Source: Ostreococcus lucimarinus (Eukaryota). From it: a stretch of DNA of 64,000 bases. Both the position numbers and the translations under genes were made by a program. The notes under the pieces are model-generated. The model had not been told where the DNA came from, ran no database searches, and saw nothing but the letters and a program-made list of their open reading frames with translations. Where the stretch lies: NCBI GenBank assembly GCA_000092065.1, contig CP000585.1. One strand, written 5' to 3'. This document shows, one piece after another, positions 30,087 to 41,700 of the stretch (position 1 is the first letter of the stretch; each line of letters starts with the position of its first letter).

Positions 30087-32126
30087 TCACAGCACGACAG
30101 TAAGCGGAGACGGATTCGGAATGAATCGTCGGAGCTTAGGCATGACTGTCGCATCGACGAACTGCGGTCCTTCGATGCTTGTTGGCATCGGGATCAACGT
30201 CGAGTGCGACTCGGCGACGCGCACGTTTGGCGCGTCGGCGTGCATACTTTCTCCCTCCACAAGCACGCGGCTCCATCGCACGTTTCCACGATCTATCGCG
30301 ATGTTGCACAGATTTCCGTTGATCTCACAATGAATCACGTCAACATTCGCGCCACCAGACACGCACACGCCGTCGTTCGCGTTTTTGGAAACATGGCACC
30401 CCTCGACGAGGACGTCAATCTCCTCGGAAGATTTTTCGTTTTCGAAGTCATCCGAGTCTAAATCCATGAGAAATGCGGAAAATTCTTCTTCAAGATCGAG
30501 CTCTTCGTCAGTACCTGCGTCAAATCTCGCAGTAAGGTAGTCGCGGTTCGTGTACCGCTGCGCGATATCGATCCCGTTGAATGCGTTGCCTCGGACTTCA
30601 GAGTGCCGAATCGTGCCCCGACCGCACATTGCGATACCGACACTGGAGTTGTTCGCGACTATCGTGTTAGAAATATTTGCCGTGGAAGATACACCCACGG
30701 AAATACCCGCGCCAACGTTGTTCGCGATGAGGTTGTCGTGGATATTGCCGTGCGCGCAATCAAACAAGACGACGCCATGCGCGAACCCGTTTACGATGCG
30801 ATTGTTGCAAATCTCCACCGGGCCCGACAAAGCCGTGACGGCGGCAAACAAACGATCGTACCCCAAAGACGAAGGTAAGCTTTCGATCTCATCGATGACT
30901 TCCTCTTCGTGCGCGTCTTCGACGCTAGACTTGGCGGCGGTGATTCTGCACGCCGTGAGCGAGCTGCCGCGTCGCGACGTGCTTAAAAACGACGACAGCA
31001 CTGAGTGAATGTTACACGCGTGCACGTGCACCGCGGAGTCTTGCGCCGTCGCCACCACGCCTTCACCAGCGCTCACGATATCGCAACTGTCAAGTCGCAA
31101 TCGCGAGCCGTCGGAAACGTACACGCACGCCTGGTGGCCGTATCCAGACGAGCTGCTGCGTTTCGCAGAGCCCCGTCGCAACAGCGTGACGTTGGTAACC
31201 ACGGACGCGACGGAACGGGAAGCGTTCATCGCCGTCGATGTCATCATCGCTGGAGTTTCGTCGCTCACGATGAGCACGTTCTCTCGTTTGTCGACACCCA
31301 CAATCTCGATCCCGCGAGGAATGGTTAACGATCCTTCGTACGTGCCTTTGCCCAAGCAAACGACGTCGCCCGGCAAGGTGGCGTTGAGAACGCGCTGCAG
31401 CGCGCTCGCCTGCATGACTCCTCCGTCGCATTCAACTCGAATCACGCGCTTACCCGCCACTCGTGCGATTCCTCGGGTTTGCAAACGCTCCTTATAAGCC
31501 CGTCGCCAGCCCTCCCCCCCGCGGAAAATATCTCGGCGCTTTTCGGCGTTGGCGCTCGTGCCAAACACCGACTCGAAAGGCAACCGCGCGCTCCGAGCCC
31601 ACGTCCCGCTCGCCCGCCACCGCCATCGAGCTTCACACAGCGACTTCCACAGCGAATCATCGAGCGTCGCCTCTCGCATCGTCCGAGACGTCAACCCGAG
31701 CGCCTCCACCGTCGCCGCGTCCGCGAACGAGCACGCGTGCGCCAAGCAATCCCGCGGCAAATTCTCGATCTCGCTCCCCCCTCCCGCGCGCACCTCTTCC
31801 CTCCCACTCACATCCCGCGCCGTCTCGCTCGCGCGTCCCTCCCACCGTCGTCGTCCGTCCCGTTCCCGTCGTCCTCGCGCCGCGCGTTCGAACGCGTCCC
31901 GCCCGCGCGCGTCCCCCGCCCCCCCCGACGTCTCCGGCGACCCCACCGGCGTGTCGAACCGCTCCCGTCGCCTCCGTCGCGCGTTCCCGCGTCCGCTCGC
32001 GTCCCCTCGCGCGTCGCTTCGCGCCCAGCGTTCTCCCGCGCGCCTCCGCGCGTCGCCTCGCGCGCGCTGACGCGGCGTCGTCGTCCCATCCATCGTCGCC
32101 CGCTTCCCATCGCGTGTATCGTCCAT
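30087..32126 (-). CDS. F-box protein with parallel beta-helix (CASH/pectin-lyase-like) repeats, FBXO11-like
   Basis: F-box LPRDCLAHACSFADAATVEALGLTSRTMREATLDDSLWKSL. Many right-handed beta-helix repeat units follow (NNRIVNGFAHGVVLFDCAHGNIHDNLIANNVGAGISVGVSSTANISNTIVANNSSVGIAM...). Start set at ATG 32126 (MDDTRDGKRATMDG...); a start at 32093 or 32297 is also possible. Confidence 0.6.
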   Translation of the reverse strand: MDDTRDGKRATMDGTTTPRQRARGDARRRAGERWARSDARGDASGRGNARRRRRERFDTPVGSPETSGGAGDARGRDAFERAARGRRERDGRRRWEGRASETARDVSGREEVRAGGGSEIENLPRDCLAHACSFADAATVEALGLTSRTMREATLDDSLWKSLCEARWRWRASGTWARSARLPFESVFGTSANAEKRRDIFRGGEGWRRAYKERLQTRGIARVAGKRVIRVECDGGVMQASALQRVLNATLPGDVVCLGKGTYEGSLTIPRGIEIVGVDKRENVLIVSDETPAMMTSTAMNASRSVASVVTNVTLLRRGSAKRSSSSGYGHQACVYVSDGSRLRLDSCDIVSAGEGVVATAQDSAVHVHACNIHSVLSSFLSTSRRGSSLTACRITAAKSSVEDAHEEEVIDEIESLPSSLGYDRLFAAVTALSGPVEICNNRIVNGFAHGVVLFDCAHGNIHDNLIANNVGAGISVGVSSTANISNTIVANNSSVGIAMCGRGTIRHSEVRGNAFNGIDIAQRYTNRDYLTARFDAGTDEELDLEEEFSAFLMDLDSDDFENEKSSEEIDVLVEGCHVSKNANDGVCVSGGANVDVIHCEINGNLCNIAIDRGNVRWSRVLVEGESMHADAPNVRVAESHSTLIPMPTSIEGPQFVDATVMPKLRRFIPNPSPLTVVL

Positions 32127-32450
32127 CGGTCCGAGCGTTCGCCGTCGATCGATGGACGCGCGACGTCGCGAGTCACCGCGCCTCCGTCGCGTCGTCGGCG
32201 GGTCGCGTCGCGTCGCGCGTCGCGCGATGGCGATTCGCGGCGATGCGCGCGCGACCGGCCGTCGCCCGACGCGTCTGTTTCCGTACTGTTTGCGCATACG
32301 AGTGTAAAGCGGTCGGTCGCCGCGACCTCGTGGTCCGTGTGTCGACGTTCCGAAAGGCGATCCGACGCCGACGCGCGCGCGCGCGACGACGCGACGCGAC
32401 GCGCGCGCGCGCGCGACGACGACGCGAGCTCGATCGCGGATCGCGTCGCG

Positions 32451-34511
32451 ATGTGCGGGATCTTCGCGTACAGTAATTGGAACTGCCCGAAGAGCCAGAA
32501 GGAGATCGTCGAGAAGCTGCTCACGGGACTGAAGCGATTGGAGTACCGCGGATACGACAGCGCGGGACTGGCGCTCGAGGACGGGGAGGACGTGTCGCGG
32601 ACGACGGCGAAGGTGTTTCGCGAGACGGGGAAGATCGCGAACCTGGAGGGGTTGCTGGAGGCGAGTGAGAAGGATCTGCACGGGGATTTGGTGTTCGAGT
32701 CGCACTGCGGCATCGCGCACACGAGATGGGCGACGCACGGACCGCCGGCGCCGAAGAATTCGCACCCGCACACGAGCGATGAGGAGAATGATTTTTTGGT
32801 GGTGCATAACGGGATCATAACGAATCATCAGGCGCTCAGGGAGACGTTGCAGCGGAAGGGGTACATGTTTGAGAGCGATACGGATACCGAGGTCATTCCA
32901 AAGTTGACAAAGTATTTATTCGATAAATTTCACGATAAGTGCTCGTTCAGACAGCTGGTGATGGAGGTGTTGAGACAGTTGCACGGGGCGTACGCGCTGG
33001 CGTTTAAATCGAGGCATTACCCGGGGGAGTTGGTGGCGGCGAAGCGCGGGTCGCCGTTGCTCTTGGGCATCGCCGAGGGACCGCATCCGGGAGAGCAGCA
33101 CGCGTTGGTGACGAGCGAAGGCTTCGTGCCGACGTCTAAGCGCGCGAAGCGGACGTCGATGGAATTTTACTTCGCTTCCGACGCATCGGCCATGGTAGAG
33201 CACACTAAGCGCGTGTTGCACCTGGAGGACGACGACGTGGCGCACATTCACAACGGAGGGTACGGCATCTATCGCATGGAGAAGATTCACACCGAGGGCG
33301 AAGATTCGCCGAGTTTGGCGTATGCTCCGACGGTGAAATCCGCTGAAGTCGAGCGTACGATTGAGACGCTGACTATGGAGGTTGAGCAAATCATGAAGGG
33401 AAACTTTGATCACTTTATGAAGAAGGAAATTCACGAACAACCGGACGCGATTCAGCAGACGATGCGCGGTCGCGTCGTCTTCGACGCCGACGGAAACGTG
33501 CAACGCGTGTTCCTCGGTGGCATGGTTGATTACTTGTCCACCATTCGACGGTCACGTAGAATAATCTTGTGTGGATGCGGGACGAGTTATAACAGCGCCA
33601 TCGCTGTTCGTCAGCTCATGGAAGAACTGACCGAGTTGCCGGTGACGCTCGAGCTCGCCTCGGACGTCCTAGATCGTCAGTGCCCGTTCTTCCGCGATGA
33701 TTCCATTATTTTCATCTCGCAATCCGGTGAAACCGCGGATACTTTGCGCGCTCTCGAGTACGCGAAGTCCAAGGGGGCGTTGTGCATCGGGATCGTCAAC
33801 GTAGTCGGTTCGGCGATTTCCCGCGCCACCGATTGCGGTCTCCACATCAACGCCGGCGCCGAAATCGGCGTTGCCTCCACCAAGGCTTACACGTGCCAAA
33901 TCACCTCCATGGTGCTCCTCGCCTTGGCTCTCAGCGAAGATTCTCGCTCTCGCGCTGATCGCCGCATGGACATCATGCGCGGCGTCGTCACATTGCCAGA
34001 CACCATGCGCCGTGCGCTCGAGCTCGATCAGAAAATGCTCGCGCTCGCCCGCACTCTCGTGGACGAGAACTCTTTGCTGTTATTCGGTCGTGGTTACAAC
34101 TACGCCACCGCCCTCGAAGGCGCCCTGAAGGTGAAAGAAGTCGCCCTTCTTCACTCTGAAGGCATCTTGGCGGGTGAGATGAAACACGGTCCATTGGCGT
34201 TGGTCGACGAGACCCTTCCTTTGGTCGTCATCGCCACGCGCGATTCCTCCTACCTCAAGCAAAAGTCCGTCATCGAGCAGCTTCGCGCTCGCGACGCGCG
34301 CTGCATCTTGATCGTCAGCGAAGACGATGATTCTTTGGACAAATTCGCCTCGAACGAAGACATGATCATCAAGGTTCCCGAGGTGTGCGACTGCTTGCAA
34401 CCTTTGATCAACATCGTCCCCTTGCAGTTGCTCTCGTATCACCTCACCGTCTTGCGCGGGCACAACGTCGATCAACCGCGCAACCTCGCGAAATCGGTGA
34501 CGGTAGAATAG
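32451..34511 (+). CDS. GFAT: Glutamine--fructose-6-phosphate amidotransferase (GFAT/GlmS)
   Basis: Begins MCGIFAY (Cys2 nucleophile of Ntn amidotransferases). Two SIS domains (GCGTSYNSAIA..., SQSGETADTL) and C-terminal ...LLSYHLTVLRGHNVDQPRNLAKSVTVE. 686 aa; the ORF-track upstream extension is spurious. Confidence 0.95.
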   Translation: MCGIFAYSNWNCPKSQKEIVEKLLTGLKRLEYRGYDSAGLALEDGEDVSRTTAKVFRETGKIANLEGLLEASEKDLHGDLVFESHCGIAHTRWATHGPPAPKNSHPHTSDEENDFLVVHNGIITNHQALRETLQRKGYMFESDTDTEVIPKLTKYLFDKFHDKCSFRQLVMEVLRQLHGAYALAFKSRHYPGELVAAKRGSPLLLGIAEGPHPGEQHALVTSEGFVPTSKRAKRTSMEFYFASDASAMVEHTKRVLHLEDDDVAHIHNGGYGIYRMEKIHTEGEDSPSLAYAPTVKSAEVERTIETLTMEVEQIMKGNFDHFMKKEIHEQPDAIQQTMRGRVVFDADGNVQRVFLGGMVDYLSTIRRSRRIILCGCGTSYNSAIAVRQLMEELTELPVTLELASDVLDRQCPFFRDDSIIFISQSGETADTLRALEYAKSKGALCIGIVNVVGSAISRATDCGLHINAGAEIGVASTKAYTCQITSMVLLALALSEDSRSRADRRMDIMRGVVTLPDTMRRALELDQKMLALARTLVDENSLLLFGRGYNYATALEGALKVKEVALLHSEGILAGEMKHGPLALVDETLPLVVIATRDSSYLKQKSVIEQLRARDARCILIVSEDDDSLDKFASNEDMIIKVPEVCDCLQPLINIVPLQLLSYHLTVLRGHNVDQPRNLAKSVTVE

Positions 34512-34672
34512 ACTGCACCAGGCATAGTCTTGATTAATAATACGTAGAGACGTAGACACGTAAAGACGAGAGAATGCGTCTCTCTGCCGCTCGCGCGCGC
34601 TCGACGCGTCCCGCTCGCCTCTTTCTTCTCCAGAGTTCGACGCCGCGCGTCCTCGCTCGGCGCAACCGCGCC

Positions 34673-36814
34673 ATGGCCGGGTTCTGGCGCCCAGGCGCGG
34701 ACGCTCCCTCGACGTCCGCGCCGTCGACTCTCTTAACTCTCGACGTCGACGCCGATGCCGACGCCACGGGGACGTTGATTCAATTCGAGAAAAATCCGAA
34801 AGCGTCGCTGAGCGCGCGTCGTCGCGCGCTCCCGATCGCGGCGCACGCGGACGAATTGATGTACTGCGTCGAGAAACATCAAACCACGGTCATCGTCGGG
34901 CACACGGGGTGCGGAAAGACGACGCAGATACCGCAGTACCTGCGAGACGGCGGCTGGTGCGGCGGCGGCGCGACTGTGGCGGTGACGCAGCCGAGACGAG
35001 TGGCGGCGCAGACGGTGGCGCAACGCGTCGCAGAGGAGGTAGGGTGTGTGATAGGGGATACAGTTGGGTACGCGATACGATTTGAGGACGTGTGCACGCC
35101 GGGGAAGACGGAGATTAAATTTTGCACGGATGGAGCGCTGTTGCGCGAGCTCGCGGAGGATCCGTTGTTGACAAAGTATTCGGTGGTGATAGTGGACGAG
35201 GCGCACGAGCGCACGTTAGCGACGGACGTGTTGTTAGGATTATTGAAGAAAGTGCAGCGCGCGAGAAGGGATTTGCGGTTGATCGTGTCGAGCGCGACGA
35301 TTCAGGCGGAATCATTCGCGGCGTTCTTTGACGCGAGCGGCGAGGACGACGACGGCGATGGACCTTCGAGAAAGCCCATCATCATGTCCGTCGAAGGTCG
35401 AGCGCACGGTGTGTTGATTCATTATCTGGATGAACCGACCGGAGATTACGTGTTGAGCGCGGTAGAGACGGCGTTGGAAGTGCATCGAAACGAAGGACCA
35501 GGTGATATATTAATCTTTCTCACAGGCGAGGGCGAGATCGACGACGCCGTCAACTTGCTCGAAGAGGAAGCGCGAGAGATGAAACGCGATCCGAGACGGT
35601 CACACGATGCGCTGGATTTAGTGGTTTGTCCACTGTATGCGGGATTAAATCCTGCGGCGCAGTTGGAGGCGTTTCGACCGCCGCGCAGAGGCGCGCGCAA
35701 AGTCGTCGTGGCGACAAACGTTGCCGAAACGTCTGTGACGATTGAAGGTGTCGTGTACGTCATAGATTCATGCTTTGCGAAGCAAAAGGCGTTCGACCCA
35801 GAGCGCGGCATGGAGAGTTTGTTCGTCGCACCCGCGAGCAAGGCGAGTACGAACCAACGCGCCGGTCGCGCCGGTCGCGTGCGTCCGGGTAAATGCTTTC
35901 GCTTGTGCACCGAGATTGACTATCGCTCGTTGGCCGACGTCACGGCTCCGGAGATCGTTCGAAGTGACCTCGCGAGTACGGTTTTGCAGATCAAGGCGAT
36001 GGGTATTGATAATATCATGAACTTTGAGTGGGTGTCGCCGCCGCCCGCGGCGAACATGATCAAGGCGCTCGAGCTTTTATACGCGCTCAGGGCTTTGGAC
36101 GACGACGCCAAGCTCACGAGTCCGCTCGGCGTGCACTTAGCCGAAATCCCACTCGAGCCGCAGCTAGGGAAGATGCTCCTCGTGAGTGGAGAGATGGGAT
36201 GCGTAAGGGAAGCGTTGACTGTCGCGGCGTACATGCAAGTGCAGTCGTTGTGGGTCACGCATCGCGGGCAAAAGAAACGCTTAGATGAGATGCGCGACCG
36301 CTTTGCCGTGGAAGAAGGAGACGCAGTGATGATGTTGAACATCCACGACGCGTACTGTGACGCGAGAAACCAGGCAAAGTTTGCGAGCAACAACATGCTC
36401 AATCATCGAGCGCTGCTTCGGGCTGGAGATGTACGCAGTCAATTGAAAAAGCATCTCGCTAGACTGGGAGTCGTCACGAATTCGTCTTGCGGCGATGATA
36501 CGGTACCAATTCGACGTGCGATTGCTGCTGGGTTCTTTGCTAACGCTGCAACGCTCGCGCCCTACGGTGGCGGCCCCGATGGTTCCGTCTTTCATTCTCT
36601 CCGCGCGATGAGTGCGCGCGCGCGTGCTCGAGAGCTCCGAATACATCCAAGCTCCGCGCTGTTCCGCTCGCGACCGCAATGCGTGGCGTATTGCTCCGCC
36701 GTTCGCACAGATCGCGAGTACATGCGCGACGTCACCGTCGTCGAAGCCGATTGGTTGCGCGAGCTCGCGCCGCACTTCTATCGCGCGGTGAGCGCCAATC
36801 CGACGACGCAATAG
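34673..36814 (+). CDS. DEAH-box helicase DHX35-like
   Basis: GHTGCGKTTQIPQYL, VDEAHERT (DEAH), SATI, FLTG, TNVAETSVTIEGVVYVID and QRAGRAGR motifs, plus HA2/OB C-terminal region. N-terminus MAGFWRPGADAPS matches the FWRPG start of metazoan DHX35. ATG 34673. Confidence 0.85.
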   Translation: MAGFWRPGADAPSTSAPSTLLTLDVDADADATGTLIQFEKNPKASLSARRRALPIAAHADELMYCVEKHQTTVIVGHTGCGKTTQIPQYLRDGGWCGGGATVAVTQPRRVAAQTVAQRVAEEVGCVIGDTVGYAIRFEDVCTPGKTEIKFCTDGALLRELAEDPLLTKYSVVIVDEAHERTLATDVLLGLLKKVQRARRDLRLIVSSATIQAESFAAFFDASGEDDDGDGPSRKPIIMSVEGRAHGVLIHYLDEPTGDYVLSAVETALEVHRNEGPGDILIFLTGEGEIDDAVNLLEEEAREMKRDPRRSHDALDLVVCPLYAGLNPAAQLEAFRPPRRGARKVVVATNVAETSVTIEGVVYVIDSCFAKQKAFDPERGMESLFVAPASKASTNQRAGRAGRVRPGKCFRLCTEIDYRSLADVTAPEIVRSDLASTVLQIKAMGIDNIMNFEWVSPPPAANMIKALELLYALRALDDDAKLTSPLGVHLAEIPLEPQLGKMLLVSGEMGCVREALTVAAYMQVQSLWVTHRGQKKRLDEMRDRFAVEEGDAVMMLNIHDAYCDARNQAKFASNNMLNHRALLRAGDVRSQLKKHLARLGVVTNSSCGDDTVPIRRAIAAGFFANAATLAPYGGGPDGSVFHSLRAMSARARARELRIHPSSALFRSRPQCVAYCSAVRTDREYMRDVTVVEADWLRELAPHFYRAVSANPTTQ

Positions 36815-36843
36815 ATAGCCGTTTTAGCGATTAAAATTACAAA

Positions 36844-37992
36844 CTAGGAGTTTCGTCGATTCACGACTGATATATCACCATCCTTTAGAACAGAAACCTC
36901 GAGAACACCACTCGATCTCGTCGCAACTTTGCCGACAACCTCGACATGAACATCCGTGTCGGGGTAGGGGTTGTCCGAGAGACTCACCGTGATGTCGCCC
37001 CTGGGTTTCGACATTTGACAACCGCGCTTTTTACCGACGACCTCGGGCAACTTGTCATCAAGAAATCTAGCATAGCCGCTCGCCGCGCTACCCGTCACGG
37101 GATCTTCGTCGATACCGACATCCGGCCCAAACCATCGCGTGTAGAAATCGTACGAATGATTCGGCCGATTTTTCACCGTCAAGAGCACGCACAAACCACG
37201 AAAACCTTGAACCATTTCAAAGTCGTACTTCATTTCCTCGATGAAGCACCTCCCCACTTCCGATATCGCCTTCAGATCGGGCGCGTGATTCATGAAGCGG
37301 TCGAAACACGCCTCAAACACCTCGTCGGGTGCATCATCCGTGTCGATTATGAAAAACAAGTCGCCGATGAAGTTGTACCGAAGCTCGTACTTCGCCTTGG
37401 AAGTCGCAGAGCTCTGCGAGTTCGAGCGCTCGTGGTCGTCGCCAAAGCAGCCTCGAATCATGTTCACGATTTCTTGAGGGTGTAAGAACCCATCCTCACC
37501 AAGCGCGTCCGGAAAGGATCTCGCGCGTTCCTCCGGAAGTGCCATCGCGTAGGACGACTCTACACCGCCGTCCAAATCTTTCCACACGAACAACGACTCG
37601 TAAGCGGCTTTCACTTGTGTTCCATCGCACACATCACGCGGCTTGCCGTATAAAAATCCAATCTTAGTGACGTGCTCGTTCCCCGGCGCTCGAAAAATCT
37701 CGTGCGCCGTCGCCATCGACGCGTGCCCGCACAGATTGATCTCGCACTTTGGCGTAAACCACCGTATGTCGTACATCCGATGCACCATCGCGCCGACGAC
37801 CTCCACGTCTGCCCGCTTCGCGAACGCCGTCTCGCTCAAGCCTAATTCGCTCGCCGCCGCCTGCATCACCGCGTCCGGCGGCCACGGTCCATCGTCCGGC
37901 AAAAGCACCACGGCCGCGGGATTCCCACTGTCGTCGCCTTTCGTCGCCGACGGGAACGCGTTCGCGATCGCGTACGCGTGCCTCGTCGTCAT
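36844..37992 (-). CDS. PhzF-family (phenazine biosynthesis-like / DAP-epimerase fold) protein
   Basis: GNPAAVVLLPDDG...SELGLSETAFA...RWFTPKCEINLCGHASMATAHEIF plus a second half-domain. ATG 37992 (MTTRHAYAIANAF) sits directly downstream of a (TCAA)n leader on the minus strand. Confidence 0.75.
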   Translation of the reverse strand: MTTRHAYAIANAFPSATKGDDSGNPAAVVLLPDDGPWPPDAVMQAAASELGLSETAFAKRADVEVVGAMVHRMYDIRWFTPKCEINLCGHASMATAHEIFRAPGNEHVTKIGFLYGKPRDVCDGTQVKAAYESLFVWKDLDGGVESSYAMALPEERARSFPDALGEDGFLHPQEIVNMIRGCFGDDHERSNSQSSATSKAKYELRYNFIGDLFFIIDTDDAPDEVFEACFDRFMNHAPDLKAISEVGRCFIEEMKYDFEMVQGFRGLCVLLTVKNRPNHSYDFYTRWFGPDVGIDEDPVTGSAASGYARFLDDKLPEVVGKKRGCQMSKPRGDITVSLSDNPYPDTDVHVEVVGKVATRSSGVLEVSVLKDGDISVVNRRNS

Positions 37993-37996
37993 GTCT

Positions 37997-38023
37997 GATT
38001 GATTGATTGATTGATTGATTGAT
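37997..38023. repeat. (GATT)n tetranucleotide microsatellite, ~6.75 units
   Basis: gattgattgattgattgattgattgat read directly. It lies 5 bp upstream of the PhzF ATG in its 5' leader. Confidence 0.95.
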
Positions 38024-38734
38024 CGACGCAACCGTTTCGCTTCGCAACCGTCGACGCGCGCCGCCGGTCGCAAAAGAAACAGCGCGCGCTTCGCGCCGGC
38101 GACGCGCCGACCGCGCCGCGGCCCGCTCTCGCGCGCTCCCCGCTCGCCGCTCGCGGCGGCCGGTGACGCAGTTCGGTTCCCCGCCTCGCGCGGTGTCCGG
38201 CGCTCCAACCGCGCCGCGGCGCCCCGTCAGGGACGCCGCGACGCGGACCGCGAGCTCGAAGGCGGACGCGCGATCCGCGCGGATGGATTCCGCGGCCGTC
38301 GACGCGTCGCGGACGCGGCACGCGCGCTCGCCCTCCGCGCGGAGTTACAAGCCACCGCGACGTGACCCGGCGAAACGTTCATGGCGCCGTTCGGCGCGCA
38401 CTACGACGATCGAGCGCTAAAAAATCTAGACGGACGCGTCGGACGCCGCGCGGGATGGAAATTACGGGTTTTTCGTGAAGAAGGGAATCTTAAATCGCAT
38501 CGTCGTCGGCGATCAATCTCGCGCGCGCGGACGCGCGAGACGCGCGTCGCGCGCGCGGATCGATCGTGGATCGATCGCTTGGGTCGATCGGGGGTCAAGA
38601 CGCGCGCGATCGGGCGAGACGGGCGCGCGGACGCGAGAGACGCGGCGGTGCGACGGTGATTATCGACGCGACAGTTGTGGGACGCGCGCGCGCGCGACGA
38701 CGACGACGCGCGCGCGGGGGGGGCGACGGGATCG

Positions 38735-41700
38735 ATGACGACGTCGGGATCGACGTGGCGCGCGATACGACGGGGAGGATCGATGCACGCGCCGGCGACG
38801 GGGACGCGGCACGGGTCGATGTCGTCCAACGGCGGGTCGTTCAACGGGACGAGCGGCGCGGCGGCGAACGACGGCGGCGGAGGGTTTCGAGCGGCGGTGA
38901 TCGATGCGAACGAGATCGACGCGCCGCACGTGGAAGCGTTGGTGGCGTCGAAACGCGCGCGGTGGTTGGCGCTGGAGATGGGAGCGAACGATGGGTGGGC
39001 GCGAGGGGCGGAGACGAGCGAACGCGCGAGGGAGCGATACGACGAGGAGGAGGACGAGACGAGACAGACGACGTCCGCGTCGACGTCGACGTCGGGTGAG
39101 GGTGAGAGTGATGCCGGTGCGAACGATGATGTCAGCGAAGATGGGTCGCTGATGCGTTTGTACGACACGGGCATTCGAGGGACGCACCCGCTGCCCGGTT
39201 CGCTCGCGCTTCCGAAGACGCCGGCGAGCGCGTTGGGGAAAATGCCCGCTGTTTCCTTGAGCGCGGCGACGCGCGAAAGGCAAACCGTGAGATTCACGTT
39301 GGAAATCGCGGAGATTTACTTTGAAGTCGGGGCGCTGGAGACCATCGAAGGGACGATGGCGCTTTACGACGTACAAACGCGCACAAAGGTGAGCGAAAAT
39401 TTCCACTTCTCTTGGCCGAATGCAAAACAGAGCACGATCGCGGCGTTCACCGTACCCGCCGAGTCGCTCACGCTCAACATTCGTCTTCTCGTACATTTCA
39501 CTCATCTCGCCGCGGATGAGGGTGGGATCGAGGACAAGGTGTACACGTACAAGGATTTGCGCAAGGCCAAGGTGCATGCCGAGAAGGAGCGGCAACGCGT
39601 GCTCGGTATGGAAGCGCTTCGTCAGCATGAAGCGCAAGCGAGTCAAAAGTCAGCTGCATCAGTGCACTCATCCGACGGCAGCACTCAGTTAGCCGCGAAT
39701 GAGGTCGAGAACCCGAACATTTCCAAGAGGCGGAACACGCTCGCGTGGGCCGTGCTGCCGATTTTCGACGCGCGCGCGGGCGCCGCGCCGGACAGAGCCA
39801 CACTACTCAGCGAAACGAAGTGTAGCGAGATGTACCGTGTGAAAGAGGCTTACACCGAATTCTCACTCATGGAGGCGGCGATCTCGAGCGGGACGAGCCA
39901 CTCTTTGAAGTCTCACAAACCGATTAGATGCAAGCTGGTTTGTCTGTTGAATCCGCTCGACGTGCCCGCGCCGGGCGCGGAGACGAACGCGTTTAAATTC
40001 CCTCCTGGTTTAGTGCACGTCAAAGAATTGCTTTCGTTTTGTCCTCGCACGCAAAATGGTGAGCTCGATTGGGAAACCGCATGGGGTGGCGCCGTAGACG
40101 ACGGTTTGTCGAGAGATTTGTACGTGTACGTCAAGACGATTGACATCGGCAAACGACAAGATCTTCGTGTGCGCATGCAGCTCAGAGACGATGATTTAGA
40201 CATAGACGGTAGAGGATTGCTCGCATTTCCATCACCTTGCGGGCGCGGACTTTGTCGCGAAAGTTGGACGGCGATGAGTCGCTTGCGATCAAAGGGGGGT
40301 GTTTTTTACCACGAGGCGCGAGTGCGTTTGCCGGTGCGATTGAATCCGTCACATCACCTAGTGTTGAGTATTTTTGGAGCACAGAGTGCCTCGACCGGCC
40401 TTTTTAGCGCTGGCGCTGGAGAAGAAGAATTGCTCGGACACTCGGTCATCAATCTCTGCTCGCAACCAGAGACGTTAGCGTCGAAGATTGCAAGTGCGAC
40501 GACGCCCACGGGTGGCGATTTAAGTCTCGTCGCCGTGCGCGAGCTCTTGCCGAAATACTTGCAGTCGAACGTCCGAACGCACATGCCGTACTGGGAAGAA
40601 CGAAAAGAGTGTGTGCATGTGAGACTTCGACTCGCATCTACCATGCACACGGGGGACGTTCACATAGGCGCTCTCTTTGCCGCCTCTGCGGCGTGGTGCA
40701 ACGCGCAAACGCCCGAAACGGAGGATAAGCTACGAATCGCTGTGAGCGAACTCTCTCTCGCGAGTGATCGCGCATTGATTCAACACTTGCCCGCGATATT
40801 GAACTTGTTGGTGAGTTTGACGCTGCGAATCGCCGATCCAGAAGTAGAGATGGACCAAACAGAGGAACAACTTAGCTCACGTTTGAGCAAGGATTCGCGA
40901 AGAGATGATGATGACGACGCAATTTCCCTCGCCTCAGCCGCACTGAGCGACGATTTGGCGGGCAGCATCGATACTATCGCGAACAAACAGCAATCACTCA
41001 TTTCGTCGCTTTCGAAGAACGAACGCGTTGATGAAACTCAAGACATCGGAACCTTGGCGTTCCACACCCTTGTGCGTGTCGTGGCCGCGGTTCAACGCGT
41101 CGACCCTGGCCCGAAGCCTGCCGTCGCCGGTGTCGTGAGTCATAGTCCTCCTCTTGAAGCTTATATTACACTCGCCTTCGGTTCTCTCGAACGGTCGTCA
41201 AGCAAACAGTTGACAAAGTTACAAACGCTCGGGACGTCGCGAAGCAACGTCCCAGTGCACGCTGTCCTTGCCAAGCGATATTCAGCCGTGTTGGGAGCAA
41301 TACGAGAGTCTTACATTCCTTACGAAGAGGCGTTGTCTATGTCGTGGTTCTTTCTCGGTATGATATACCGTGCCATTGCGCTCGACCGCGCTCAGTCTCC
41401 GAGCGATACGATTTCTATGGAACACGACGACGCGGCGCTAAGACAAGTTGTCGACATCCTGTCGAATGAAGTGAAGACTCGCGGCGAGCGCACGTCGCCC
41501 TCGAACGCCGATCTCGAGCAGGCGAGAAATCTGAACTGTGGGGTCGCCATGTTCTTAACAGCGTTATTCACTGTTCCCGGGATCAAGAAGCAAATGGACG
41601 GTGCGAAAGACGTCAAAACTCTGGGACGCGCTGGTCCGCTTGCGCCGTTGGCGACGACTCTCGCGGCGTTGCACGTCAAGAGTCTCGGCGAAGGCAACGC

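Noticed and set aside
37993-38025. GATT repeat as a CRISPR-like or telomere-like array
   Set aside because: A simple 4-bp unit with no spacers. It is far too short for a CRISPR array and does not match telomeric motifs (TTTAGGG-type). Plain microsatellite.
38675-38734. N-terminal extensions of many track ORFs beginning at TTG/GTG (e.g. 419, 8438, 20759, 23359, 27175, 38675, 47986, 48937, 56463, 63953)
   Set aside because: The track allows bacterial alternative starts. In a eukaryotic nuclear context I re-anchored starts to the first sequence-verified ATG, or to a splice acceptor when no ATG was possible.
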